Shown here: in pieces, positions 32,232 to 33,678 of the stretch
Position numbering within the stretch: position 1 is the stretch's first letter
Layout of the letters: each line of letters starts with the position of its first letter
Assembly: GCA_014379795.1 (NCBI GenBank)
Contig: JACMLC010000094.1
Location: forward strand, 1 to 33,678
Length of the DNA: 33,678 nt
DNA from: Pyrinomonadaceae bacterium
GTDB taxonomy: Bacteria > Acidobacteriota > Blastocatellia > Pyrinomonadales > Pyrinomonadaceae
Direction of reading: 5' to 3'
Translations under genes and position numbers: made by a program
Notes under the pieces: generated by a model
What the model saw: only the letters and a program-made list of their open reading frames with translations
The model's database searches: none
Told to the model about the DNA's origin: nothing

Positions 32232-33678
32232 TCAACGTCGAAGCAAGTCGAAAAAATCCATCGTCGCTCCGAAGACAAAGGAGCGTCCCGGAGCGGGCGC
32301 AGTTTGAAAAGGCTCGAAGTAGAGCGTGTCTGTCAGATTATCCAAGCCAAAGGTCAGTGACACTCTGTATGTCTCCCGGCGATAGTTGTAAACGGCTCGC
32401 AGAGAATGTTTCGTGAATGGACTGAGGCTGGCAAAACTTCCATATTGAGTAGAGATGGCCGTCGCCAGCTCAAGCGGGTCAACGCGCGTCACGCGAGCTT
32501 GATGGCGAATTTCGTATTGGGCCAGCCAGACGCCCTTACGGTCACTGTAACGCGCGCCAAAGTGTGCGCCGAAAGGAGAGATGCCGGATAAAGGAGCATC
32601 GCTGGCAGAGCCGCGCAGGCGCAAGGGGGTGTCATCGCGGTTATAAAATGTCTCGATGAGCGTCAGCGCATTTTGCTCCGGCGTTAAGTCAGAGCCTTTG
32701 AGCCACCCCATCGTGCCATAGGGAGTAAGACTCCCTGCTCTGCCCAGGTGAAAGCTTATTTCGTAAGCGGCTTCAACTCCCTGAATCCGCGCGCGCGCAG
32801 TGTTGCCGCGCTGCACATAGAGCACGCCGTGAAACGGGAAGAACGGAGAGATAGGCTCAAGCCCCTGCGCCGGATTAGCAGGCACAAAGAGCGTCTCGGA
32901 AAATTCGTTGCGAATAAAATCCTTCAGATGATTACGAAAGTAGCCAACCGAACCAGACCAACGCTGACGCTCGATTTTGATGCCGAACTCAAAATTGCTG
33001 CCTCTCTCCGGCTTCAAAGTAGTGTTCGGAACCAGCAACACGCTGAAAGTCGGATCGCCAAAATTTCGCAGGATGTAACGCTCCGTCACGCCGGGTTCGC
33101 GGTAGCTACTGCCCCAACGAAAATACGGATTGAGGCTGCCCGGAAGACGCAGCACGATTCCCAGATTACCCGTGACGCTCGTTTTACTCGTGCTGATACC
33201 GCTCGCGCCGTTGATGAGTGGAATGATGCCGCTCGCGCCGCCGATGTTGACCGCGCCGGGGTTAGCTGTAAGTGAGGCAAAAGACGCATTCAGAATTGCT
33301 GTCTCCGTGCTGAGCGGAAAGCCCTGTGTAATCTTCGCTTCTGTCTGCCAGTTATCAACGCGCAAGCCGCCGGTTAGACGCAGCCATGTGCGCGGCTCAT
33401 ATTCCAGTAGATTGAACCAGCTCAGGTTTCTGTAAACAGAATCAGGAGTGGTCGCTCTGTCGCTGATAAAATTTCGCGGCGCGAGTGTGACGGGCGTAAA
33501 GTCGAAACGCGAAAACTCATCTCTTGATGAGTCGCGCAAGTAACCGATGCCCGTCGTCAGCCATGCGCTCTTAAATGGACTGAGCGTCGCCTGTGCCTCC
33601 GCGCCGTAAGTCGTCACGGAGTTTTTGCCGTCTGTAAAGTTTGCCGGAGTGAAAACGGATGGATTCCCTGTTAAGACC
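32232..33678 (-). CDS. TonB-dependent outer membrane receptor, C-terminal beta-barrel part; the N-terminus lies beyond the window end
   Basis: The frame is open to the window edge: the GTG at 33617 in the ORF track is internal, and upstream codons read ...VLTGNPSVFTPANFTDGKNS. Barrel motifs: GVEAAYEISF, LTFGLDNLTDTLYFEPF, GRSFVFGATMDF. Confidence 0.9.
   Translation of the reverse strand, partial: VLTGNPSVFTPANFTDGKNSVTTYGAEAQATLSPFKSAWLTTGIGYLRDSSRDEFSRFDFTPVTLAPRNFISDRATTPDSVYRNLSWFNLLEYEPRTWLRLTGGLRVDNWQTEAKITQGFPLSTETAILNASFASLTANPGAVNIGGASGIIPLINGASGISTSKTSVTGNLGIVLRLPGSLNPYFRWGSSYREPGVTERYILRNFGDPTFSVLLVPNTTLKPERGSNFEFGIKIERQRWSGSVGYFRNHLKDFIRNEFSETLFVPANPAQGLEPISPFFPFHGVLYVQRGNTARARIQGVEAAYEISFHLGRAGSLTPYGTMGWLKGSDLTPEQNALTLIETFYNRDDTPLRLRGSASDAPLSGISPFGAHFGARYSDRKGVWLAQYEIRHQARVTRVDPLELATAISTQYGSFASLSPFTKHSLRAVYNYRRETYRVSLTFGLDNLTDTLYFEPFQTAPAPGRSFVFGATMDFFDLLRR

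Noticed and set aside
1-33678. Search for CRISPR arrays, tRNA/rRNA genes, integrases or intact transposases
   Set aside because: No direct-repeat/spacer array, no cloverleaf-like or rRNA-like segment and no full-length recombinase ORF was seen. The only mobile-element trace is the IS256 fragment.

Overview
GC-rich bacterial chromosomal segment. The gene style (Tat-exported multicopper oxidase, many TolC/RND genes, secreted FG-GAP and BNR proteins) fits a soil Gram-negative, possibly Acidobacteriota-like, but the taxon cannot be set from the sequence alone. No rRNA, tRNA or CRISPR array was seen.

Positions 1-23000 form a metal-homeostasis island with four parts:
(a) A copper module on the minus strand: MerR regulator, YHS-type Cu P-type ATPase, small cupredoxin, Cys/His secreted protein, TolC-like OMF and multicopper oxidase.
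(b) A second MerR gene with a secreted His-rich protein.
(c) A seven-gene minus-strand operon: BlaI-like repressor, sensor-less M56 (BlaR1-like) peptidase, lipoprotein, czcC/B/A-type RND efflux genes and an MFS exporter.
(d) A HupE/UreJ operon whose operator, promoter and first codons are a roughly 105-bp paralogous copy of the blaI-like promoter region.

After a SAM methyltransferase and an SbtB-like P-II gene, a truncated permease abuts an IS256-family transposase remnant.

The right third (about 24.9-33.7 kb) is the most unusual part. It holds a compositionally distinct 982-aa homolog of the VioB/StaD/RebD family (ferritin-like domain) followed by a small barrel-like protein. These converge on an operon encoding a TonB-dependent receptor, a DedA/VTT protein, a stand-alone ferritin-like protein resembling the VioB C-terminal half, a 301-aa protein resembling the VioB N-terminal module, and a single-domain GAF protein. 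No bisindole-pathway partner (VioA/StaO-type oxidase, VioC/D/E, P450) is present. I flag this fused-plus-split VioB-like locus as the best candidate for an undescribed system, and the BlaI/M56-controlled metal regulon as the second. All family assignments come from motif recognition by eye and need HMM or structure confirmation.
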